A DNA stretch of 64,000 bases from Oikopleura dioica (Eukaryota; Animalia; Chordata). Where the stretch lies: the NCBI GenBank assembly GCA_907165135.1, contig OU015568.1:10540001-10604000 (forward strand), in the 5' to 3' direction. Under the pieces are notes generated by a model. It saw nothing but the letters and a program-made list of their open reading frames with translations, made no database searches and was not told the DNA's origin. A program made the position numbers and the translations under genes. Positions 22,101 through 32,686 of this stretch are shown here, one piece after another; position 1 is the stretch's first letter, and each line of letters opens with the position of its first letter.

Positions 22101-25100
22101 TATTCGATCAAAGATGAAAAATGCGAAATCAGTAAGAATGGCTTACTAAGTGAAAATCAAGTTCTTCCTTTGCAAACATGTCCAAATCCTGATATCAGTA
22201 AAGTGACTCCCAATCATCTGCCACTGAATTCTGGACCTATTATCGTGGAAATAGAAGGTCGCAACTTCAATCCGTCACCTGTTGGAAATAGCGAAGTTTT
22301 CATCGGTAATTATCCCTGCAGAGTTGTTTCGTGCACCAAATATGGCTTCGAGAATCCAGAGCGAAGGAACAAGACTTGCTGTGAATTCCATTCGAAATCC
22401 AATATACGAGCTGATGGAAAGACAAATGATGAAGTTACTCTATCAACTTCTGCTGATTATCAAGTCTCTGCGAAATTCAGTTCTCTTGGTGTAAAGCTCG
22501 GTAACCCAAAAGCTCTATCTTATCCAGAATTCGTCTACAGTGGTGGATTTCAAGAGTTCACAATTCGAGGCGATTTCCTTGATGCTGGGAGGCACGCTGA
22601 AATCCAAATCCTCGGCTCTCCATGTACGATCATTGAGCCTCGTCTTGAAAACGAAATCAAATGCATTACTGCGTCTTATCAATCAATCAGAGAAGATTCA
22701 AGCTATCTACAGATCAGTTCAAGTTCCCCAATTTCACTGTCAGTGAAACAAATTCGAGATCCAAGACTTGAAAAGTTTGTGCCAGACAAATGTATCAAAA
22801 ACGAAAAAGGATCAAGTGAGGTTGAAGTTCAATTTTTCGAAGACGGTCATGCTAAAGCTTTTACTTTTGCTTTGCTGAAATCACAAGACGGAAGTGAAGG
22901 AGAGTGTCGTAACAGTGATGGAAAGCTTTACTGTCGATGTCCATATTCATCCGGTGCCTTAATGGGTGAGGAACTCAACTTGGTGATAACTAAAGAATCA
23001 AAAGAAGAATTGAAAACTCTGAAAGCACCTGAATCCTTGCAAACGGCAGCAGAAGTGAATGTTATTAACAAGGAACCAATTATAAAGGTGACCCGCGAAA
23101 GTAATGAGACTGTTAGCTCTGGCTCGTATATGATCAAAGGTGGACCTTTCTGCTTGGGTTGGGAGAGAGAATGTGAAGACATTCCCTGGCGACTCATTTT
23201 TCGATCGAAAGAAAACGAACTAGAACTTAACAGAAGCAGCATCATCGTCATCCGCAACGAAGTAATTTCGTGGACTCCACCTTCCTTTGCGGCATATCAG
23301 GCAGTGTTTGGCTCGGACCAGGACGCTCCAAGCTTAATATTGAAAAATGGTGGATTTGAAATTGAGGCTGTCGAAAAAATTGAGTATGAATCGTCGAATA
23401 TGATCATCATTGCTGGAGGTGGTCTTGGTGTAGCGCTTGTCCTCGCGATTGTCGTCTTTGCTGCTAGAAAATCTCGCCGAAGAAAAGAACGAAAGACTGC
23501 ACAAGAGAAAGATCGGCTATTGAAGGGAGTCGATCGCACACAGAAGGACGAAGCAGAGAAATATAAACAACATCTTCTCGGAGGAATTCAGGAAAATCGT
23601 CCAGAATCGCGAATGCCGCCGACAATGCCGTTCCGCGAGTACAGGAGTTTCATTCTTCATTTTATGTTTCCTCCTGAAGACGAGGAAAATCGACTCTATC
23701 ATCGAGAACTTTGTCCATTTGGAACTCAGAATTCTCGAGCAGGCACCATCGACCGCTCGATGGGACTCCAAGAGTTCAAAAAGCTCCTGGGGCAGCGAGA
23801 GTTCCTCCTTGTTTTCATCAAGACTCTGGAAAGCAATTCAAGATTCACATCACGTGATCGTTCCAAATTCGCTGCATTCTTGATGATCTCACTTCAGGGA
23901 AAGCTCGAATACGCAACGCTGATTCTACAGTATTTAATTATTGATATGATTGAGAAGATGCAACCGAACAACTTGGGAACATTGTTTAGACATTCCAACA
24001 CGATCGGTGAAAAAATGTTGAGGTAGCTTTGCATCTCATTCTTTCGTATTCTAATTTGATATTAAGTTACTGGTTCGCAATGCTCATGTACAGAACTGTC
24101 TACAGAAGAACTGGTGAACACATTTTCAATCTCTTCAAAAAGCTCAAAGATCTCGTGCACTCTGAGCCAGTAGATCAGATCACAGGCCATTCGAGAATGA
24201 CCCTCTCTGAGCAGTATCTCCTCAGGGTCATCAATATCAATACCAATCAATTGTCAATAACGGTACTTCACCACGAGGGCGGCGAGCCCCAGTTCATTCA
24301 GGTATATTAATTGCTCGAATAAATAACCTTTCCTCAGATTCCATATGAAGCTATTTCTAAATAAATTCTTTAGATATCTGGGCTTTATTGTGATACTGTC
24401 GATCAAATCAAGGAGCGCATTCTGGACACGATCTTCTGGGACATGGAATACTCAAAGCGTGACTCAGTGGCCGACTACGACTTGGAATACGTTGACAACT
24501 CGTTGAAAAATCCAGTTCGTCGGCTAATGAAGAATATTGACTCAACCAGTGAAACGAAGGTAAGTTCGTTCTCATTTAGAAAATTTTCATAATATATCTT
24601 TCAGGACGGACTTCGTAAACTCAACACAATCGATCATTATCATAAGCTTTTCCTTCCAAATACGAAGAAACTCGATTTCACCGACAAGCGCTACCTTGAG
24701 CTCAAGCCATCAACCAGCACCACAATGCTAGGCCAGTCGCATCAATCTGGCTCCTCCTTATCGCGTTCTAGAATCAATATTTCCGACCATCCTTCATCTA
24801 GCAATATGACTGGAACGATGGGCCGCTCAGGAACACCTCTTCATGGAGAAACAGTTCGAGACGGGCGGCAGATAATCGACTATCATCATGTTTACGATGG
24901 CATGAGCACGCGGAAACTGGTATAATCTTCCATCTTTGATCTGTCATTAACTTTCAATTAGGCTGCTCCAGATCACTTCACGCTCACGATGATCAGAGCA
25001 AAAGAAAGTCTGGAAACGCCGATCCAAGTGTTGATAGAATCGATTGTTTCTGTGGTGGACCGGCAGTACCAAATGCCAATGTGCATCAAGTACATGTTTG

Positions 25101-25837
25101 ATTTTCTGGACGACGAGTTCCAGAAGGTCCCTCAGCGGCATCCGGATACGATTCATAAGTGGAAGACGAACTCCTTGTTTTTGCGTTATTGGGTCAATCT
25201 TATAAAAGTAATTTGAAATAATTCTACTAATCAATATTGATTTCTCTTTCATAGAACCCTGAGTTCTTATTCGACATCAACAAATCAGTCGCTGTCAGCA
25301 ACAGTTTGACTGTAGTCGCTCAAACTTTGATCGACGGCTGCTCAACGACCGAAAGCGACCCACTGCTAGCTCAAGCGCAGTCTACGTCAAAGGTGCTCTT
25401 CAGCAAGAATGTCCACAACAACTTCCGTGAATGGGTACAAAGCTACTTTCAAGAGGTCGAAATGCGGCCAGAGATCCCGCGAGATGATTTCATTCATTTC
25501 TTGAGGGTAATTTATATTCAATTTAACCGGAGGATTGACTTTATTTTCAGGAGGAGAACGAACTCCACATCCAAGACTTCAACAAGAACTTTGCCATTCG
25601 GGAATTATTTAATTACGCCAAAGAGGTACGATAATGACTTTATACCTATCAACAGCTGACTTACATTTCTAGTATTATAACGACCTTCTAACCGGGCTTA
25701 ATAATGACCGCGAGTGCCACCAGCGAAAATTCGGAGCGACCCTATCCCGCTGCATTTCGATGAGTGCAAGCGCGCCTGTCTTTGCCTACGCAAACAACCA
25801 CCCGGTGCCTGCCCCGCGGCGCGTTTTCCCTAAATAA
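19154..25837 (+). CDS. Plexin (semaphorin receptor family), divergent
   Basis: Signal peptide; three PSI domains (e.g. CDRYSSCESCLAEKSDPTCGWC); IPT (PDISKVTPNHLP); TM helix GGGLGVALVLAIVVFAA; split GAP domain (FMFP, [45 protein letters not shown]) with RBD DTVDQIKERILD. Class not assignable. Confidence 0.96.
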
Positions 25838-26095
25838 ACCTTTTCCAAATCCCCGCTCTTTTCTGTAAATACGCTTGAACGAAACACCGAGAGCAAAATC
25901 CTTGTATCAGCCTTATCTATTAATCCACGAAGTTGTATATTCTGTTCTACTGATAATTTACCAAGAGTATATACTTTACATTCCCCCATCTATGCAAAAT
26001 TTTTGCTCGACTGCCAAACAATCAACAACCGAAAATAAATGAAAATAAGTTCAAACTCTATTTGTAATCTTTGATTGTTATAGAAGGTGGTCGAA

Positions 26096-26747
26096 ATGGC
26101 GTTCACCTTCGCTGCCATGTGCTACATCATGGCGCTCATTGCCACAGCAGTCTTGTCACGGGTTGAAAACTTAATTTATTTATGAAAAAACTGGGCTGGT
26201 CTCAACCCTTGCAAAGATATTCTTCGCAATCTGGCATTTGATAGCATTCGACGAGCTCCAGCATGACTACAAAAATCCGGTGGATCAGTGCAACTCTCTT
26301 AACCCTCTCGTTTTGCCTGAGTACGCTGTTCACTTGCTCATTGTTGTACTGATGTTTTCTTGCGGCGAGATGTCCAGCGCGACGATCAACATACCTTTGT
26401 TACGTTTCAAAAAGATATATCGTGAGAATATTCTAAAATTAGGATTCCAAATGATAATAGATCAAATGATCAGAATTCTGATTATTGAAAAATATGCTTT
26501 TGAAACTGAAACAGGTTGCCTACCACGCATGGCGATACAGCAAGCGTCCAAGAGGAATGACAAGGGTACTGTCCTTTCTTTTATTCTCTCCTTCAATCTT
26601 TAGGCTGGCCTTTACGATCCTACCACAATCATGAATCGCGACTCGCTTAACTACGCGATGTACGAGGGCTGGTCCAAGATGGCTTTCTACTTCCTGTCCT
26701 TCTTCTACTACCTTTACTCCATGATCTACGTCCTGATCACTTACTAA
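26096..26747 (+). CDS. CNIH1: Cornichon (CNIH1-like ER cargo receptor)
   Basis: [10 protein letters not shown]...IFFAIWH...[27 protein letters not shown]...AYHAWRY...[10 protein letters not shown]...EGWSKMAFY. Four exons; two donors anomalous (see findings). Confidence 0.93.
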
Positions 26748-27184
26748 CTCACTCCTGTCTGACTACAGATTCCAGACAAGCCCACTTTTTTGCGCGATTA
26801 TGTTTGTAACCGCGTTTAGATTTGTTTACTTGTAGCTTGAATCAAACCGAAATCGAAAAAAGACCAAAATAATTCTTGCTTCTTGCCTTTGTTCGTTTTT
26901 GTTCATATATTTTGAAACCAACAATTTTACAATTTTTCTTTCAACCAGAAGCACAGCTGTCTTCAAAGATTCCTCAATTTCACCCTTTTAAAAATAAACG
27001 AAAAACTAAACTAGTCATGTTACATGTAGAGTTCTCTGCGTTTTACCACTTCTGCGACATTTTATTTTGATTTTTTTACTTACAGCTTTCCGAGATTATT
27101 CAAGGAAAGAAACCTGGTCCTAATAAAGTACATTTTGAACGACGAATATCGTATGTATTGAAATTCCCGTTTAGACACTCAAAA

Positions 27185-28020
27185 ATGCCGTATTTGAATG
27201 AGCAAGGCGTGCCCGAGTACATGCAAGATGCATTGAACCAAATTCTGCAAATACGCATTCGTCGACAAATGCCAGTCACGAAATATCCCACTTCGCCGAA
27301 AGAACCGATTAATATCGCTCAGTTTTTGGGCAATTATTGCAAAAGCGTCGCGAACGGAACGCACCTTTTCAAAAGTAAAGATACAGATATAGTCTATATC
27401 ATATAGACAAACAAGTCATTTTCATTTCAAGGGGAGTTTGAATTTATCACCCTAACGAGCAGAAATCGCCTCCAATTCCTTCGCCTTCTTGAAAAGTCGT
27501 TTGCAGTCGGGCTTGGCGATGAAACGCTCGGAATCGCCGATTTTCACAGCTTAGTGGGTAAGGGTCGCGATTTCTCTAGATAAAAATTACCGGTATTTAA
27601 GAGCTTCTTTGCCCGGATTTCCCAGAAGCAATTTGCCATGACGTCTACGAAATAATAAAAGACGAGGAAAAGACGTTAGAAAAGATTCTCGTCCATCTGA
27701 GATTCCGACTTCTGTTTTTGGAATTTGTTGATCGGGCGAAAGAGAAATTCAGTGACCCCGAAGTGACTCTTGAAAAAAGTAAGCTCCGAAAAAATGCAGG
27801 AATTTTTAATTCGACTTGATTAGTTCTCGACGACTTATCAGTTGTTGCTGGAACTCTTCGTGATAATTTCCTGCCCTCCCCGAAGATCTACTCTCTGAAG
27901 GAACACGTGCCAAATCTGAAAACTGAAGGAGCTAGTAGAGCGTGGGAGCTTTTTGCTATTCTTTCAAAAGATCCTAAAGTTATCTCCCTTATTGACTCAC
28001 TGGAGTTTGACAGTGTGTGA
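27185..28020 (+). CDS. CSTPP1: C11orf49/CSTPP1-like protein (tubulin polyglutamylase complex regulator)
   Basis: YLNEQGVPEYMQDALNQIL...IAQFLGNYCKSVANGTHLFKREFEF...NRLQFLR...ELLCPDFP matches my recall of C11orf49; three canonical introns. Confidence 0.8.
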
Positions 28021-28086
28021 TTTATTTTTTCTACTCTTCAAATATATTTTTCTACTTTCCGTATTTCTTCAATCTTTTGTTTTAGA

Positions 28087-31000
28087 ATGGCGGACATAAA
28101 CATGGCCTTCGTGTACGACGAAGAAAAACGCAAAAAGAAGAAGAAAGCAAAGAAGGCGAAGATTTGCTTTGAAGACCCTCAAGAAAAGAAACCTAAAAAG
28201 CCCAAAAGCCAAAGAAAAGAGCTGTCGCGGTGGAGAAGACAAACGATGTCTGTCGATTCTTCCTTGCCAGTGAAACTTGCAGATTCGGCGATAAATGTAG
28301 GAATCGTCACGTCACGGGTGATCAATTATCCTCTGGTAATTGCAGGAACTTTGAATTGTCTAAAAAAATAATTTCTTCATAGAAGGAGTACTGGGGTCGG
28401 CACCTGGGCTGGGCTATGGCCCAGTTTGCCCAGCCCAGTGGCCCAGTTTGCCCAGCTGGGCTGGACTGGGCCACAAAAAACTCTGGCCCAGCTTAGCCCA
28501 GTAAAGCCCGATTTTCATTGATAGTTGATTTTTTCAAAAAATAAGAATTCTAGAGCAAGTAAAAGTTTTTTCTTCGATTCTCTAGATGAATGGTCGCTCT
28601 CTTGTTATCATTAATTTCCTTATTTATTCGATTATGGGTAAAAAGAGAAAAATCGACCATGATTTTATTTCGTTCGCTGAGGCGACGAAGGTTATAAACG
28701 AAGGAAAGGGCGAATGGATCCCGCTCGTGAATCAAGTAGTGACGAATGCAAAGTGTAATTTTCGAACCGATCCTGAGTTTATGAAAAAACAAGATGCGTC
28801 TCAAGAAACGATAACTCTTTGCACGTTCGAAGAATACTTAGTGGATAACAAACCAATCTGTGTTGTTCGCTGCGCCTCCAAAAAATGTCGCGAAAAAACA
28901 AAAGAGGTATTTGAAAGTCAAGCCACTAGATTGAAAGATTAACAAAATATTAAGTTTTTTCTCTCTCATGAAACGAATTCTGGTTGTCAATACTATGGAA
29001 AATACTTCCTTAGACATTTACGAAGCGCTTTTCTGGGGAATTCACGCGATAAAAAAGTTTCCGTTAAAAATCAACCATCAAGTATGAAAATAATGAGTCT
29101 TTGTCATAAGATATATTTAAAGTTGCCTCTTTCACGACCATTCGATTTCAACCAAAAATGTCAGACGACGACATCGAGCAAATTCGAAAAATTCAATGTC
29201 AGCTTATCTCTACAGGTTTTTCTCTAATTCGTAAACAATAATATAAATCTTTTATAGGAGTGATTCCGATGAGTCGATTTTCAACTCCATTGATGATAAA
29301 ACTGTACGAGGCGATTATTCGAGCGGTTGTCCCTACCAATGTTGACGAAGAAACCATCGGAAATCTTGCTCAAAAAGTTGGCGCGAGTTCAAAAACACTG
29401 GATCGTCATGCTAGTCAGCATATTGAAGAGCTGAAAAAGACGATCAAAGACAACGCGGAAAGAATCGCTAAGTCGAAATGCGCGCATGTTATGCTAGACC
29501 ATCAGTATATGAAAAGGGGTGCGGATCATGAGACAGTAAGTCAATTTTTTTTATATTGTCTTAAATAAAAATCTTAGAAGCGCTGTGGAGTATTGTTGAT
29601 CTTGACCGACTCGGATATTCTTCCACACCGTGTTTTACTTGGCTATATCAGCATCAACTCAACAAAGATGGATATGAATATTCAACCAATCACAAACCTT
29701 CTTAAAAGTTACAATCTTTTCGACTATGTCAAGAAAGGATTTGTATCAATAAGCAGCGATTTTGCGGCCCTCAACTTGTGCAGGGAGCTTGGACCACTCA
29801 ATTTTTCAGGCTGCGCCGCTCACACGATCAACAATATAATATCGAGGATGTTTACTCATCATTTATCACCTAAGTACATAAAAAATTCAGTCATCACGAG
29901 CCTAGTCTTCACAAACCTAGTCCCACGAACCTAGTCATCTTGAACCTAGTCTTTACGAACCTAGTCACACGAACCTAGTCATCACGAACCTAGTCTTTAC
30001 GAACCTAGTCCCACGAACCTAGTCATCACGAACCTAGTCTTTACGAACCTAGTCACACGAATCTAGTCATCACGAACCTAGTCTTCACGAACCTAGTCAC
30101 ACGAACCTAGTCATCAACCCATTTCCCTTACTGCCCAAAAATTTTTCTTTTTAAAATTTCACGAACCTAGTCACACGAACCTAGTCCTCACGAACCTGGT
30201 CATCAGTCTCAATATATTCTAGGGCGAGCATCGAATATGAAAGATGCAAAAACGTCTTCGTTCATGGAAGCAAGAATTTTCAGACTCCCGAGAGTCACCA
30301 GTACGCGTCATTGAATTGCTATCTAACAGCACGACCGATCGGAAAGGAAGCTGCGCTGCTAAAAGCTAAGCTGAAATTACAGGTAGAAAACACTTTTCCG
30401 ACCAAAAATAATATTTTTCTAAAGTATGACGATGTGAATGTGACTTCGACAGACATCGAAATTGTAGCTGAACGATACAAAAAATATCCCTCTCTGGGGA
30501 GCGATTTTCTGACTTCCACGAGGTTTAGAAAGATCATTTATTCGATGAGCGTAAGAAAATATTAAGGGGATCCTATTTGATAGATGAATTTTAGGCACTT
30601 TTGATCAACTTCGAAGTGATCGCTGACTTGGAGCGACTTAGTCATCCTCAACACAGATTGAAAGTTGCGCTTCCAGACAAGGCGTTCGTCGAAGCGGCTG
30701 TTGATATTCTAGTGCCCCTGTCAACGACAATGGATCTTTTTGATTCGGACTCGAAAAAGATAAATGCTGGTCAACTTTATGATCAATACACAAAGTTGAT
30801 CATTTTCGCGGTCGAAAATATCAAAAACTCGATCGGATATAAGAAAATCATCAGGTACAGTCATTCAGAAAATTTATCTGATTTTTTAAGCGAGAGCTTG
30901 CTCATAACTATCGCTGAGCAGATTACTGATTACACTATCGACAGAAATGGATGCAAGACAAAAACAAAAGTTGAAAATCGAATCTCCTCAAAAGAACTGG

Positions 31001-32378
31001 CGCAAACCTTTCTTTGGCTTCCAACGCGTGCCCTCGATTTTGAAGAAGTTCGGGAAGCGCTCAAAGAAGTTCCTGGATCTCTGCTCTGCTCGGAACTAGA
31101 TGATGTTTTGGAGAGTTCTACTAAAGATTACATTGAAAACGCCAAAAAATTTATCATCGCGCTTTCTGAGTCCTACGACGAACCAATTGCATCAATTCCG
31201 AAAGAATCGTCTAAAGTTTCTGGAATCGGTAATTTATTGAATTTTTCTATATTTTGGGAAAATTATTCTAGCGCGCAAGTTTCCAAGACTCTACAAATCT
31301 TCGCAAGATAAAACTTATCAGAATGAGTCAAAGACGATCGAAAGCGAGCTCTTTATATACTCTCAAATGGGTGGTGAAGAAGATGGAATTTTCGATCAAT
31401 GTAAATTTATAGAATTATCTTTACTAATCTATCAATTAAAGTCATTTGCGAGATGATGGTGAAAGAAATACCAGAGTGTCAATGGAGATACGAGTTTTGG
31501 TCGAGACAAACATCAAGAATGCCGTTGTTGTCTTCCGTAGCTATCCAAGTAATATAATTTAAATATTTGAAAATTTTGATTTATCAAGCTCTACCGTGGA
31601 TCTCATGATTCGACTTCTTTGCTCGAAAGAGTCTTTTCTGTCTCGAGCTTGTTCCTGTCAAAGCTTCGCTGCGCTTTGAAGAGCGAAACTGTGGAGAAGT
31701 ATATTCAATATGGAAGCTGCGAAGATATCGCCGAGTTTATCAAAAATCATCTTAACAAATAGTTTTTTATCACTAACTTTATTTTTTCTAATAAACCTTA
31801 TTTTTAATAGTATTTTTTGAATAGTGCTCTATTGGGCTAATCGGGCAAAACTGGGCTAACTGGAAAAAACTGGGCTTACTGGGCAAAACTGGGCTAACTG
31901 GGCAAAACTGGGCTAACTGGGCAAACTGGGCTGGGCTGGGCCACTAACCTGAAAATCTTTTACTGGGCTGGGCTGGGCTGGGCCAGCTACTGGGCGGCCC
32001 AGGTGCCGACCCCAGAAGGAGTAGATCCAGAAGCAATGAATGTCATTCTTCAATACCTGGCCAACTTTGGGTTTGTCAAGACAAAAGCAGAAGAGCTTGC
32101 GCAGCTCAAGAGAGAAAACCAAAAGCTGAAAGAAGAAATCGAAAAGAGCAAAGATACGCTATCTTGCAGAGTTTGCTTTGAATATTTTGGCCTTTCAAAG
32201 GTAATTAATTTTGAAATTATTAATTCATCCAGTCAATTTTTAGCTTTGCACTCTTCCATGCGGCCATATCTACTGCAAAGAATGCGTCAAAAGGTTCCCC
32301 AAAGATCCTCACTTAGCTTCAGTTATCACCTGCCCGACATGTAACCAGGGAACTCGTACTGTTATTCATCTCTTCTGA
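28087..32378 (+). CDS. CCCH zinc finger - coiled coil - RING protein, carrying a hAT insertion and an apparent 1-nt frameshift
   Basis: Lys-rich N-terminus; CRFFLASETCRFGDKCRNRH (C-x8-C-x5-C-x3-H, 28251-28310) one frame off the ATG; phase-1 donor at 28336; exon 2 EGVDPEAMN...CRVCFEYF resumes at 32016; exon 3 CGHIYCKEC...CPTC; stop 32376-32378. Confidence 0.75.
28586..31762 (+). CDS. hAT family transposase (spliced)
   Basis: About 11 exons join in frame at GT-AG sites; BED-like CASKKC...FLRH; candidate catalytic D in VMLDHQ and ISSDFA; CxxH motif GCAAHTINNII; hATC region FWSRQTSRMPLLSSVAIQ...LERVFS...KLRCALKSETVEK. Start 28586 or 28634. Confidence 0.9.
29889..30203. repeat. Minisatellite (core ACGAACCTAGTC) in a transposase intron
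   Basis: 15 copies at 29889-30116 with 15/15/14-bp periodicity, plus 3 copies at about 30159-30203. Confidence 0.95.
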
Positions 32379-32686
32379 ATCGGCACAACTGATTCTGAAA
32401 TCTTTTCACTCAATTTTTAATGCTTTTACCGTAGCCCAAAATCCTCAAAATTATGATAATTTTCATATTATATCATACAATTTATATGGAATCAGGACAT
32501 GTCTATCGTCAGCTTTATTATGGATCTATTTTCTCTACTGCCCTCACTTGCTGCCTTTCGGCTAAAACGCCTAAATTTCTGCATTCTAAACCACAACTTA
32601 TTGAAAAGTTCTAATATTGATAAATAAATTTTATATGGATAAATTGCAATTGTTTTCGTCATTACAATCCCAGTCTTCTTCATAGA

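Larger units (their letters stand above)
28391..32015 (+). mobile_element. hAT DNA transposon, probably autonomous, 3625 bp
   Basis: 18-bp TIR CTGGGGTCGGCACCTGGG / CCCAGGTGCCGACCCCAG; 8-bp TSD AAGGAGTA (28383-28390 / 32016-32023); subterminal CTGGGC/GCCCAG arrays; internal transposase. Confidence 0.95.

Noticed and set aside
19889-24250. Many short ORFs antisense or off-frame to plexin (likewise over YARS, TASP1, ZP, Otx)
   Set aside because: Shadow ORFs of real coding exons.
28330-28390. Apparent donor/acceptor phase conflict in the hAT-hit gene
   Set aside because: Resolved once the CCCH-encoding frame is used: TCT G|GT is a canonical phase-1 donor.
29889-30203. Regular repeat array as a CRISPR
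   Set aside because: Spacers are only 2-3 nt and cycle; eukaryotic intron; no cas genes.
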